A DNA stretch of 64,000 nt from the sequence record NC_048792.1; one strand, written 5' to 3'. The notes beneath the pieces were generated by a model. The model did not search any database. It saw only the letters and a list, made by a program, of their open reading frames with translations, and was not told where the DNA came from. Positions 27,602-38,900 of the stretch are shown piece after piece; the first letter of the stretch is position 1; each line of letters starts with the position of its first letter. The position numbers and the translations under genes are program-made.

Positions 27602-30600
27602 CTATCGTGTCACTCGGGTATCGAACGGCAAACCGCCAGTCTTCTCTGGCATCCCTCCAGAAGTCGATGTCCGACGAAGTAAATCATCGGTATCAGAGTT
27701 CTTGGAGTTAGCCGGGATGTCTTCACCTTGAGTCTTACTTCCTTTTAAGTGCTTAAGGAGAGCATTGAGAATACCTGTGGTGTTTTCGCTGGTCAGTTTC
27801 TGATAAGTGAGTGAATCCTTCATAAAATCAACAGAGCTCATCTCACTCTTCGTTTTCTCCCTCACGACTTCTTGTCTACGAGTGACAGAGCTGCGTTGGA
27901 GTTCACGACTTTCATTACGCTGATCTTGCGCTGCAGCAATCTCCGGAGCCACAGTACTCGGTGCAGTGATAGTTGGAACCGTATCAGTAGAACCGGTAAA
28001 GTTAGGCGTACCCAACGTACTACCTTTAGGCAAGGCACCTTTAGGATCGAACGGGGTAGGAGTTGATGCAGTAGCACCAGGGGTAGTTGGTGTTTCAGCA
28101 GGGAGAGCCGGAGTAGTTGGCGTACCACCTACGTTACGATCGCCCGCTTCGGAAGCAGCACGATTAGACAGAGCGTTAGCTTCATCCACGTACTGACCAC
28201 CATTACGGTTCAGATAACCGGACAGACTTCTCCGGAAATCACCGACCGTTCTAACACCGTTAAAGATCTCCGGGTTAGCCTTAGATACCTTATCGTAGTC
28301 GGTCATCGCCTGACGAATATCCGTATCGTCAGATTTACTTAGCATCTTACGTGCACCGCCCGTTCCTAGGAAGTGAGCAGCGTAGAGGTCTTCTGCAGTC
28401 AATGGACGACCAATGCTACCTAAAGCTTCTTGGTTCTTACGCATGTACTCAGCTGTGGCTAACATGTTAGCACGAGGATCCATCTGAGTAGCGTTAGGGT
28501 TAACTCCGTACTTCTTAACCAGAGTAGGGAGTATTTCCTTCCAAGTCGAGTCGATGAACTGACCGAAACCTGCGGCACTGGACTTAGGGTTTTTGGCAGC
28601 CGGGTTAAACCTCGACTCCTGTGCAACCATCGCAGCAAGAGCACCGGCATCCACACCTACCATCCGAGCAGCAGCCACGATGAGATCGCGGTTCTCTGCC
28701 CAACCTCTGCCCTGGGACTGAGGAAGGTCATTTACGCTACCGCCAGTACCTGTACCATGTTGCAACTCATTACCGTAGATACCTGAAGTCCCAGCGTTCT
28801 CGAACGACGTGCCCGTAGTACCGTAACTGGTTGAGTACGAGTTAGTGTTACCACCTTGAGCGGATCCACTGTACTTGCCAGAAACAGCAATCTGGTTTTG
28901 CAACGCCATCTTAATCGCTTGACCCGTCTTAGTGTCGTCAAGTTTCTTACCGTCAAAGGTAGTCTTGTCGATCTCTTTCTGGGTACGGACTTTCTCTTGA
29001 TAAACTTCTTTCTTAGACTGATCCCTCAACGAGTCGAGGTTATCGTTCACGGAACTGGAATCCGCATTCATCCGACGACCTGGCCATGGAGACGCCAGTA
29101 CTTGCCAGACAGAATACGTATTACCATTGAACTCAGTCTTAGCGCCAACCAGGAAGTTAGCAATCTTCAAGAGATCAGTAGACTTAAGCGTTTTCCAAGA
29201 ATCAATAGGAGATGTCTGTGGAGAAATCTTTTTAGCCTGAGCGCAGAAGTTCAAGAAGGCCGGTAAGAAACGATGCTGGAACCAAGTCATCCAGTTAGTC
29301 TTCGCTTCCTTATCTGCGGTGTTGATACCAAACCGAGGTGCCCACAATGCGAAGGTTTTATCCATGTCACCATTGAAGGTAGCTTGGAACTTAGCATTGT
29401 ACTGAACCTGTTTAATCAGCTCGGATTCCATTACCAGCAGCAAGTTGACGTCTTCTTTCACTAATTGATTAAGACCATACGTTTTTACACGGATAGAACT
29501 GAGGTCATCAATTCGGTTAGAGATTTGGATCATCTCGTCTTGCTGGACGTTACCCGTGATACCGCCAGGAATACTGACTTTATCACCTGGGCTGTAGAAC
29601 AGATCAGTTGATGGGTTAATGGCACGGTCATCTTGCTGTTGCATATTGCGCAGGGCATTCTGAACAGGAGTGATCGGCTTAGTCGCAAACGTACTCTTAG
29701 CTTGGTCGACAGATTTCTTCGACTGGTACGCCTTCTCTTGCTGGGAATATTTCTCGATAACGATATCGCGGTATTTAGCCGGATAGCCAGAGCCTACAAC
29801 AGAACGCTTACCAGGGAACGGTGAGGCGGAGATGTTGTAAGGTGAGTTTTCACCAGAACTTTCGATAAAGGTTTCCCTTGCGAACTGTGGTCGTTGTCCA
29901 GGTTCGAGGAAGTCAGCATCAGTCAACTTAGCTTTAGGATCCATCTTACGGAGTACCGTAAGGTTCTTAGAGAACACCGGAACAAAGCGTTTGTTGTACC
30001 AACGCATCCACTCTACGACCTGACGTTGGTTTTGCAACTCAATACCGAACGACTCGAGGAGAGACTCGAACTCAAGAGAGCCAATACGAACACCGCCGTT
30101 AGGCATGACCGTCGTTTTCTTGAGTACAGCTTCTTCTAACGCCAAGATCTTACCGCGAGATTCACCATCGTTAACATCGGCACCATATTGAGCAATGCGA
30201 TAGTCACGAAGTGGAGTCATGCGGTTACTGTACATCTGCCAACCTTTATAGATCAGGTAACCTGTACCTGCTACAGCAGCGGCAATAGCCAGACCAGGAG
30301 CAGAGACTAATCCACCGAGTGCAGCTGCACCCATACGGAGAACTGTACCTGCGCCACCTAATGCAAAGCGACCTGCTGCCAATGCACCGCGGCCAGCCAA
30401 ACGACCAACCTTACCTAAGAGACGACCACCACGACGAAGGATACCGCCTTTACGGCCACCACCCGCCAAGTCACCGATGTCACCTAGAGCATCAGCACCT
30501 TTACGAAGTGCCAACCATTTAGGTAGGTCTTTGATCCAACCTGCGAATTTACCCAGACCAGAACGAATACCGCCGATGGCAGCACCGATACCAGACAGAG

Positions 30601-33600
30601 CCATCCAGATAAGTTTAGACCAGCCGCCCTCAGTCTTAGCAGCAACCTTCTCAGCTTTGGCTACGTCTGCAGCTTTCCCGCCGTTATCTTTCAAACGGTT
30701 TAACCAGCTACCTGCACGAGCACTTAAACGTTCCCTGATGTCATTAGCACGGTCGATAGAGTTCTTACCGACATTACGCGCCCAACCAGTCAGTTTGGAA
30801 AGCGCACCTTGACCACCGCTACGCAGATCCTCTACGCTATCGCCCAACCCTTCCAAAGGATTCTGTCCAGTGAATTGGTTAGCTAACAGACGGTAGATAC
30901 GTTTCAGCCAGAAGGTTTGTTTATCGGTACCTTTACCGCCACGACGACCAATACCAGTAATTGCACCCAGGGCATTACCCGCCATGTTTACAACACCGTT
31001 AGCCGCTCTCCATGGAAGACTCAGGAGATCTTTGCCAATACGGAACGCAGTACCAACACCACCGGTAATTAACGCCCCTACGGTACCGTAGCCGCTACGG
31101 ATAGGTTTACCCGAACGATCTACAATCCCCTTCTCGCGAATCTCACTATCGAGCAGTACAGGACGCAATTGACGGGTAGTAGGATCCATCTCACCGATGT
31201 CGCCAACAATATCCCTTGGACTACGAACAATCTTGCCTGTAGCGATTTGATAGTATTCACCAGCATTCAGCTTAGAGCTGTAAAGCCGGGGAGCCTTCTC
31301 GCCTGCTACGTAAACATCAGGCATTCTGCTCAGCAGTCGTTTGGCCGTATTAAGGAAACCGCGCGCAACACCAGTAGCCATCCTGAAAGGAGCACCTGTT
31401 GCGTTGTGGATACCAGCAACCACTTTACCTACTGTACCAAAGATATTGGCAGAGAGGCGTTTACCGTCCTTATTGAACAGACCTTGTTTGACATCGTCCG
31501 CACTCAGAACTTGTGTTTGCTCAACGGTATCAAATACCGGGCCAGTGATATCCTTAATAGAGGAAATAACTTTACCGGAGTTCTGATCAATGTACCGACC
31601 AGTCCCGAAGCCTTCCTTACTGATGACCTTTTTAAATCCTTGAGCACCTTGGATGTAAACGTCACTGAACCGATCGCGAGCACGACCAATTACACCAGTC
31701 AATCCACCGGTGAGAACGTTCATGGCAGTACGACCTACCGCCATAGCAGGAGAGATCGATTTGCGCAGAGCGGCATTGAATGCACGGAAAGGTAATCCGG
31801 TAGCGTTCCATACTGCTTTGTGCCCACGCCATGCTGTACTGAGAGCACGTCTCCACCAAGGACCACGAGCAGCGCTCGAAGTAGAGGAACTCGTACCTTC
31901 TCCACCACCGCCTGAACCACCGCCCATACCGCCAGCGGCGATGATAGACCGGATAGCTTCAACGTTGTCAGCCAACGAACCTACAGCGTGATGTGTGAAC
32001 TCTTGTTGGATACCCAACTGAGCCAACAACTTAGCCGTTTGTTCTTCAATGGCAGAAACTACCCCGTTACCTTTCTCAGCTTGTCGACGACGAGTGAGGT
32101 CAAGTATCGAATTGTTGTCAACCCGAGCAGAATAGTTAATAGAACTAGGTCCAGGATAATTACGAAGCTGGCTAAAACGAGCAGCACCAAGAGGCCCAGT
32201 GTTTCCAGAAAGCAACGACGAAATAGATGGAGCTTGTGACGGAGATCCTGATAAACCGCCTTCACCATTTTCAACCCCTTCATTATCAGTACGATTACCG
32301 TAGTAGTCAGGATTGATATCCCAACGACCGTTACGGAACTTAACTGCGCCTGTTGCAATTAATGCTTCGATTCCACCGGTACTCGCCAACGCATGTGCAC
32401 GGTTATAAATCCCAACGGTTTGGTTTGAACCGTAGTTGAATAACCCAGCATCACGGTTAAGGTTTTGGTTACGACCAGAGAAGATGTTAGTCGAATAACG
32501 ACCATCATTACCCTGAGTCATCCCGTAGCGCTCTACGAGGAGTTTACGCCACGTATCCTTATCGGCTTCGGACATACCGGAAACGTTTAAGTTCATGAGC
32601 TTGTTAGGGTTGAACGCAGCACTGGTTCTGCCCCGACGCATCAGCTCACGAATAATAGCGTCCCTACCTTGAGGACTCAACGAATCGTTAGGGTCAATCG
32701 ACTTCAATAAAGAAGACATGGTACGACGCTGACGTTCGATCTCATCTTTACCGATGAGAGAATTATGCGTGTCTTCTACGGACTCGTTAAATGTCGTGAA
32801 TGTACCACGTTGTTGATTGTAAACGACACGAGGAGTATTTTTATCTCCAGTACGGATACCATCGATACTATGTAATATCCGCGAGAGGTAGCCTGGAATA
32901 ATCTCTTCCAGAGCACGGAGTTTACGATCTTCAAAGCCGATCGCACTATCCTTCAGTCCATTGAGTCCAGTTGCTCTTACGGTTCCCTGGTCACGGTACC
33001 CTGAACGCAATACATCTTTCAGGAGATTCGTTACCGGGGAATGCCAACGGCCGTATGATTGACCGCTACTACCGTATTCGGAAAGCAGACGTTCACGGTT
33101 ATTGAAGAGATAGTTAGCCTGCTGGAATATGCCGTCTGTCCTTTTAAGGAAACGGTTATTACGAACACGACGACCTAACCAACGGCCACCACGCAGAGCT
33201 GCTTGGTTACCGACCGCACCTGCTGCGAATTCCAATGGATCAATACCCATGGACTCCAACAGCTCACGCTGCATCTCCATCCCTTCCAGACCGCTGTTAG
33301 CAGTCTCTAAACCATATTGGAAGTTTTGGATCTGACGAGATACCGCGCTCTTAGCACGGTTAGTGATGTTGGTGCGGTAGTTACGTGTCCACTCACCAAT
33401 GGTCTGGTTGATCTTGCCAAAGACACCTTCACGCGCATAACGCATGTACTCTTCACTCTGACGTTGTTTAACAACTTCAGGTAAGCCGGTGTTCTTGACT
33501 ACGTCACGTAACAGGTTAGACGTTTCAATCGCAGACTTCTGCGCTACGTCCAATGTCGCACGAGAAACCATGAGCTGACGAATACGGAGCTCTAACGATT

Positions 33601-34243
33601 TCTTTTGATACGCACGCTGGACATTGAATGTATACGCGGTTTGTTTACTGAGTTCGTTCTGGATACCGAAAAGGCTATCCGCAACTACTTGACGATATTT
33701 CAGTTCACTGAGACGATCAATTGTCTTATCCGCTTGATCTTGTAAGCGATCGTTTTCCTGGTTAGCGAAAACTTCTTCCAAGACACGAGAAGCAACAGCA
33801 TCTTCTACGTTAATGTTATTTAGCGAATAAGGGTTCTGTTTATTCTCCTGTCCCCATTTAGCCAAGCGCTTGTTGAATGGGTTCTTAGGGAACAATCGGT
33901 TTAGTGACCGAGCAGCAGCTTTGAATTCACGTACAGCAGACCCTGCTTCTCTTCGTACGTCGGTCAGTAATTCTTTGGTACCTAACGCCGCACGGTCTGC
34001 GTTTTCCAAAGTGACTGAGAAAGAGGGAGGTAACGCACCTTTGAGGATTTCCCTCGCCATGGTAGTCGTTAGCGTACTCTTACCCATTTCGCGAAGTACA
34101 GTTTTACCTACGCGAATTGTCGGGTTACGATCCCTGCTTTTATTGTCAGGCTGCAGGTCATTATAGTTGAGGTCATTGCCCCAACTTTCCTCGAAGTCGT
34201 ATTCGTTAGCACGACCGAGATCAACCTTTTCTTTTTTAGCCAT
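27602..34243 (-). CDS. Tape measure protein with lytic transglycosylase domain (phiKZ gp181-like)
   Basis: 2213 aa with Gly/Ala-rich helical segments. SLT motifs AQESRFNP, SAAGFGQF, LYAAHFLG. Confidence 0.9.
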   Translation of the reverse strand: MAKKEKVDLGRANEYDFEESWGNDLNYNDLQPDNKSRDRNPTIRVGKTVLREMGKSTLTTTMAREILKGALPPSFSVTLENADRAALGTKELLTDVRREAGSAVREFKAAARSLNRLFPKNPFNKRLAKWGQENKQNPYSLNNINVEDAVASRVLEEVFANQENDRLQDQADKTIDRLSELKYRQVVADSLFGIQNELSKQTAYTFNVQRAYQKKSLELRIRQLMVSRATLDVAQKSAIETSNLLRDVVKNTGLPEVVKQRQSEEYMRYAREGVFGKINQTIGEWTRNYRTNITNRAKSAVSRQIQNFQYGLETANSGLEGMEMQRELLESMGIDPLEFAAGAVGNQAALRGGRWLGRRVRNNRFLKRTDGIFQQANYLFNNRERLLSEYGSSGQSYGRWHSPVTNLLKDVLRSGYRDQGTVRATGLNGLKDSAIGFEDRKLRALEEIIPGYLSRILHSIDGIRTGDKNTPRVVYNQQRGTFTTFNESVEDTHNSLIGKDEIERQRRTMSSLLKSIDPNDSLSPQGRDAIIRELMRRGRTSAAFNPNKLMNLNVSGMSEADKDTWRKLLVERYGMTQGNDGRYSTNIFSGRNQNLNRDAGLFNYGSNQTVGIYNRAHALASTGGIEALIATGAVKFRNGRWDINPDYYGNRTDNEGVENGEGGLSGSPSQAPSISSLLSGNTGPLGAARFSQLRNYPGPSSINYSARVDNNSILDLTRRRQAEKGNGVVSAIEEQTAKLLAQLGIQQEFTHHAVGSLADNVEAIRSIIAAGGMGGGSGGGGEGTSSSTSSAARGPWWRRALSTAWRGHKAVWNATGLPFRAFNAALRKSISPAMAVGRTAMNVLTGGLTGVIGRARDRFSDVYIQGAQGFKKVISKEGFGTGRYIDQNSGKVISSIKDITGPVFDTVEQTQVLSADDVKQGLFNKDGKRLSANIFGTVGKVVAGIHNATGAPFRMATGVARGFLNTAKRLLSRMPDVYVAGEKAPRLYSSKLNAGEYYQIATGKIVRSPRDIVGDIGEMDPTTRQLRPVLLDSEIREKGIVDRSGKPIRSGYGTVGALITGGVGTAFRIGKDLLSLPWRAANGVVNMAGNALGAITGIGRRGGKGTDKQTFWLKRIYRLLANQFTGQNPLEGLGDSVEDLRSGGQGALSKLTGWARNVGKNSIDRANDIRERLSARAGSWLNRLKDNGGKAADVAKAEKVAAKTEGGWSKLIWMALSGIGAAIGGIRSGLGKFAGWIKDLPKWLALRKGADALGDIGDLAGGGRKGGILRRGGRLLGKVGRLAGRGALAAGRFALGGAGTVLRMGAAALGGLVSAPGLAIAAAVAGTGYLIYKGWQMYSNRMTPLRDYRIAQYGADVNDGESRGKILALEEAVLKKTTVMPNGGVRIGSLEFESLLESFGIELQNQRQVVEWMRWYNKRFVPVFSKNLTVLRKMDPKAKLTDADFLEPGQRPQFARETFIESSGENSPYNISASPFPGKRSVVGSGYPAKYRDIVIEKYSQQEKAYQSKKSVDQAKSTFATKPITPVQNALRNMQQQDDRAINPSTDLFYSPGDKVSIPGGITGNVQQDEMIQISNRIDDLSSIRVKTYGLNQLVKEDVNLLLVMESELIKQVQYNAKFQATFNGDMDKTFALWAPRFGINTADKEAKTNWMTWFQHRFLPAFLNFCAQAKKISPQTSPIDSWKTLKSTDLLKIANFLVGAKTEFNGNTYSVWQVLASPWPGRRMNADSSSVNDNLDSLRDQSKKEVYQEKVRTQKEIDKTTFDGKKLDDTKTGQAIKMALQNQIAVSGKYSGSAQGGNTNSYSTSYGTTGTSFENAGTSGIYGNELQHGTGTGGSVNDLPQSQGRGWAENRDLIVAAARMVGVDAGALAAMVAQESRFNPAAKNPKSSAAGFGQFIDSTWKEILPTLVKKYGVNPNATQMDPRANMLATAEYMRKNQEALGSIGRPLTAEDLYAAHFLGTGGARKMLSKSDDTDIRQAMTDYDKVSKANPEIFNGVRTVGDFRRSLSGYLNRNGGQYVDEANALSNRAASEAGDRNVGGTPTTPALPAETPTTPGATASTPTPFDPKGALPKGSTLGTPNFTGSTDTVPTITAPSTVAPEIAAAQDQRNESRELQRSSVTRRQEVVREKTKSEMSSVDFMKDSLTYQKLTSENTTGILNALLKHLKGSKTQGEDIPANSKNSDTDDLLRRTSTSGGMPEKTGGLPFDTRVTR

Positions 34244-34287
34244 TACACTACCTTTATTAACTAAAGTTTGAGAGGAGCACGTTTACC

Positions 34288-35925
34288 ATGCGTCTCAATG
34301 AAATGCCTTTTAACATTTTCATTATGGACGTTACTCCAGAACTTATTCGTTCCATGCGAGCAACGACCACAACTGAAATTTTCGAAACGGGCACACGTAA
34401 CTTCAACCGGGACGGTTTGTTTAGCGTAGAGACTTACGGTACGCTAGGTAGCCCAGAACGTGACGGAAGATTCAGCTATATTAATTTAAACACGTCCATT
34501 TTCCACCCTTTGATTTACAAACGTTTGGGGACATTGAAACGTCTCTATACCGAAATTATCGAAGGTACTCGTTACGCGATATTTGACGAAGAGAAAAAAG
34601 ACTTCATCCCAGCCGATGAGACGGTTGGTGAAACAGGCTTTGCTTTCTTCGTTAAACATTTCCCTAACCTCGTTATAGAGGAAGGCGATTCTGAGATCCG
34701 TAACCTTCGCGTTCGCTTGATTAACGAAAACCGTAATAAAGCAATGCTCGAACGCATCTTGGTGATGCCGGCAGGTTTACGTGACCTGATTGTTGAACCG
34801 GGCACAGGAAGAACCTCAGAAGACGAGATCAACAAATTCTACCGTGCAATGATTTCCATCGCTAACGGTATCTCCGGTTCATCCACCAACCGCAATGACC
34901 CAATCATCAACTATTCTCGTCTGAGTTTACAACGTAACTTCAACGAGATCTTTGAGTACGTCTTTAACATGATTAAAGGCAAGAAGGGGTTTGCGTTGTC
35001 CAAGTGGGCATCTCGTAAAATCCTGAACGGTACCGCTAACGTAATCACGCCGATGAACGTAGGTACTGATCGCCTGGGCTCTAACCGTACTCCAGTCATC
35101 AACGACGTCCAGCTCGGTCTGTATCAAGTAATTAAAGCAGTACTTCCTAAGACACGTTACTTCATTCGTAACGGTTGGGTTGGCCAGGTATTCTCCGGTA
35201 ACACCGAAGATGAAGTTCGCTTGACCGATCCTAAGACACTGCGCGCAGTATTCGTAAAACCTTCTCCAGAGTCCGTCACTCGTTGGACGACTAAAGAGGG
35301 TATCGATGCAGAGATTACCCGGTACAAGATCCTAGGTTTCCGTCAGCGTCCAATTATGGTCGATGGCTACTACCTTGGTCTGCTTTATGCTGGCCCACAA
35401 GGTTGGCGTTTCTTTGCAGATATTAATGAGCTACCTCAAGGGTTCGACAAAAAGTATGTCTACCCTATTAACATGACCTCTCTTTATTATCTGAGCGGTT
35501 ATCGTGAGTGGCACAAAATGGCCGGTATCGTTACCCGTTATCCGGTAACTGGCCCAGGCTCTACTTACATAGGAAACATCTATTGTAAGACAACTCAGAA
35601 GACGCAATCTCTCCCTGAGTTGGACGAAAGCTGGCATCGCCTTGGTCCGGACTTCATTGCCAATGAGTTCCCAGACCAGTCGCAAAAAGCGACTCACTAT
35701 ATGACCCTCAGTCCACACCCGTCACGTATCGCCCCGCTGGGCGCGGACTATGACGGTGACCGTTGTACTTTCACTGCAGTGTACGGTCGTGATTCTCTGG
35801 AAGAGTACGAACTCATCAAGAGTAAGAAAGAGTGGTACGTATCTGCTCGAGGTAGCCTGGCACTTTCTGCTGACGTAGATAACCTCGACTTGGTACTCCG
35901 TAATATCACTGGCGGGCCGAAATAA
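34288..35925 (+). CDS. rpoC: Virion RNA polymerase beta' subunit with the catalytic motif (phiKZ gp180-like)
   Basis: DGLFSVETYG, MPAGLRD, KGKKG, RYPV, and catalytic LGADYDGD. Confidence 0.92.
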   Translation: MRLNEMPFNIFIMDVTPELIRSMRATTTTEIFETGTRNFNRDGLFSVETYGTLGSPERDGRFSYINLNTSIFHPLIYKRLGTLKRLYTEIIEGTRYAIFDEEKKDFIPADETVGETGFAFFVKHFPNLVIEEGDSEIRNLRVRLINENRNKAMLERILVMPAGLRDLIVEPGTGRTSEDEINKFYRAMISIANGISGSSTNRNDPIINYSRLSLQRNFNEIFEYVFNMIKGKKGFALSKWASRKILNGTANVITPMNVGTDRLGSNRTPVINDVQLGLYQVIKAVLPKTRYFIRNGWVGQVFSGNTEDEVRLTDPKTLRAVFVKPSPESVTRWTTKEGIDAEITRYKILGFRQRPIMVDGYYLGLLYAGPQGWRFFADINELPQGFDKKYVYPINMTSLYYLSGYREWHKMAGIVTRYPVTGPGSTYIGNIYCKTTQKTQSLPELDESWHRLGPDFIANEFPDQSQKATHYMTLSPHPSRIAPLGADYDGDRCTFTAVYGRDSLEEYELIKSKKEWYVSARGSLALSADVDNLDLVLRNITGGPK

Positions 35926-35954
35926 ATTAATTACTCTTAGGAGTGTCTCTGACA

Positions 35955-38900
35955 ATGAGTAACATTACTTATCCCGAACTCTATCAACGATTCGGTATAC
36001 GTTCTACTTCGGGGTTAACTACCCCGAAACTGTTTAATCTGGAGAACTTCAAACTCCCTCGTGGAGCGATCGTTCACTACCTGCCTCAGTCGGTTTCCGA
36101 TTTAGGCCCGGACGATCAGTTCTTCCCGATTATCAATGAACGTCTTCGTCCCTACGTAGACCAGGTTACCGATATGACCTCCCATGAAGGCGCTCCTCGC
36201 CGTCGTGGCGCCTTTAACGTAGAGAACCTGAAGCGCCAGTGGCTGATTCGTAATCGTCGCTACAGACGCGTTACAGACATCGCCAGAGCGTTAGACGATC
36301 GTCAAACTGCAATCGTTGTTAACTACGCTTTGATCCCGATGCAATGGAAATACCAACCGATCCCAATGGCCCGGTGGTTCCGTTTCCAAAACCTGATGAA
36401 GACGTTTGCTGACCGTGTCAAATATTTCGGCGAACAGTCTAGTCGTCCCCAGTTCCTCTTCCTTACTCTGCCGGATGTATTACCGTCACGTCAATACCTG
36501 AACGTCTCGGTTGAAGCCTACGATGTAATTCAGGATGCGCGTCAGGCTCAGCAAAGTAATCTGCAGAGCCAACAAGGCGATACTATCGCACGGTACTACG
36601 ATAACCTCTATCCCGGTATCATGACTGGCCAGGGTACTGCGTTCTCCAACGAGGCGTTTGATGCCAGTGCGTTAGGTTGGGGTGATGAACCTGCGTTCGA
36701 GTCCTTTGATGAATCTTCACTCTCAATGGGCGATGACGATCCGATCGTAGCAGTTGAGTCGATGAACCGTATTCGCCTGGGTTACTTCCAAGATGACGCG
36801 TCTCTGTTCCTTTCTGATCTTTGGAAGTGGATGTCAGAGAACCGTGATGAATCCATCCTGGGTTCCATCCCAAGTAACGCATTGAAGAACCTTAACCTGG
36901 TTGTCATGCGTAACGGTAAGTTCAGCCTGCTCTCCTTCGATAAACTTGACCAATGGGTTAAGTCGGAAGAGAACGAGCGCGGTATCGGTTTCGGTTCAAT
37001 GTCTCAGACGATGGATCGCTACTTGCAGAACATCGTAACGACGACTTCGGTATCCGACAAAATCACTGTTGAAGAAGAAGTTGTAGAAACAGGTGAAGCC
37101 GAAGTCAGTGACATTAAAGTCCCTGAACCACAACCTGGCGACCCGAATGTAGATGTCAGCGTTGGCGACAAAGGCGAAAGTGACATCGCACGTCTTCGTC
37201 GTAGCGCTCAGCGTGTAACCAAAACTCCTCGTGAGATTTTGGCAACTAAGCGCAGCGAAACGCCAATTCAAAATACCGACGTCACGGCGACCACGAGTTT
37301 CCAGCCAGAGGAAACGACTGTTGTAGTAGACAAGCCTACTCCGGGTAAATCGGAAGAGGAAGTCATCGATACCAACAACCCGTTGATCAAACCGGTTGAA
37401 AAACGTTCTCGTGATCTCCTGAGTAAAGGACTTATCTCGGGTAACGAGTTTAAACGTCATGTACGCCTCGCTAACAGCTTCAAGAGTATCAAAGCACCAT
37501 TCGGTGAAGGTACACTGGAAGACTTCATGAAGATCCCTCACGAGCAACTGTGGGACTTTAAAGCGAAAGAGATTCCGGACATCCCTCACGTGGTCGATAA
37601 GACCATGTTGAAGTCTACCTTACTGAACTACGACCAAGATTACATCAGTAATGTCTTCCAGAAAGATGTTGCAAACATGGTCGTCAGTTTACAGAAGGCA
37701 GGTCTGGCAATTACGGATTATCGCGTCGAGAAGAAATCCGATGCGTTGAACGACCTCTACGACTACACGATTAAAGTCGTGCCGGTCTATGGTAGTCCTT
37801 CTACTATCCGCTTCCAATTACCGGCAGTGGATAAGAATGGTAAGTATCGCGTGAATGGCACTAAGTACTTCATGCGTAAACTTAAGTTCGATAAACCAAT
37901 CCGTAAGATCTCTCCGAGCATCGTGGCGTTGTCTACGTACTACGGTAAGCTCTTCGTTGAGCGCTCTTCGCGTGCAAGTGAAGATTTGGGCCATGTCCTT
38001 GTTGACCTGATCGAAAGGTCTAGTCAGCTCGACGTCCCTACCGTTACCGATTTGGTACTGGGCAATACATTCACGGAAGATCAGGACGTACCGCGCGAAT
38101 ATTCCGCATTGGCAAAAGAGTTCGTCTCCTTTGTACTGAATGGAATCCTGTTTACATTCGACTACCCTAACCTGGCGAATAACTACACGGAAGACGTCGT
38201 AGTGGCAGCTAAGGCGAAGGGCTGGGTTCCAGTTGGTCGCAAAGGTAAAGAGTTCATCTTCATGAATAATGAAGGTAAGCTCGTCGACGCTAAAGGTAAT
38301 GTGTTAGGTTCTATCAACGAGATGTTGGGATTACCTGATGAGAAACTTCCGGTTGAGCAAGTGATCGTTAAGATCATGGGCGAAGAGATTCCGATGGCTG
38401 CGATCCTCATGTATCACATGGGCATCACTAAGTTGATGAACACTCTCCCAGTAAAACCAGAGCGTCGTGTTAAAGGCACTCGCGTCGAGCCTGTCCCAGG
38501 TACGTTCGAGTTAGTCTTTGCTGATGAAGTTTGGCGCTTCCCTGTCCACGGTGGTAATAGTAGTCTGATTTGGGCTTCCCTCCAACGTTGGAAGAAATAC
38601 CTCCGTAGCTTCTCTGTACAAGAGCTGGACAATCCGGACACCTTTAACCTGCTGTTCGGTATGGCTAACCTGAGTGCGCGTTACGTGCGTGAGATCGACA
38701 ACATCAATGCGTTGTTCTTAGATCCTATCGCTATTGACGTACTGCGCGATATGAAAGAACCGACCGAGTTGAACGACCTGTTCATCAAGGCAGCTTTCTA
38801 TCTGGTGACCGATAACTATCCGAGTGATATTTCCTCAGACGGTTCTCTGTTCCGTGGTTACGAACGTATGCCTGGCGAAGTCTACCGTACTTTGTCCAAC

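Noticed and set aside
27990-28130. PTTP/TP-rich repeats in the tape measure gene
   Set aside because: Ordinary flexible linker after the transglycosylase domain.
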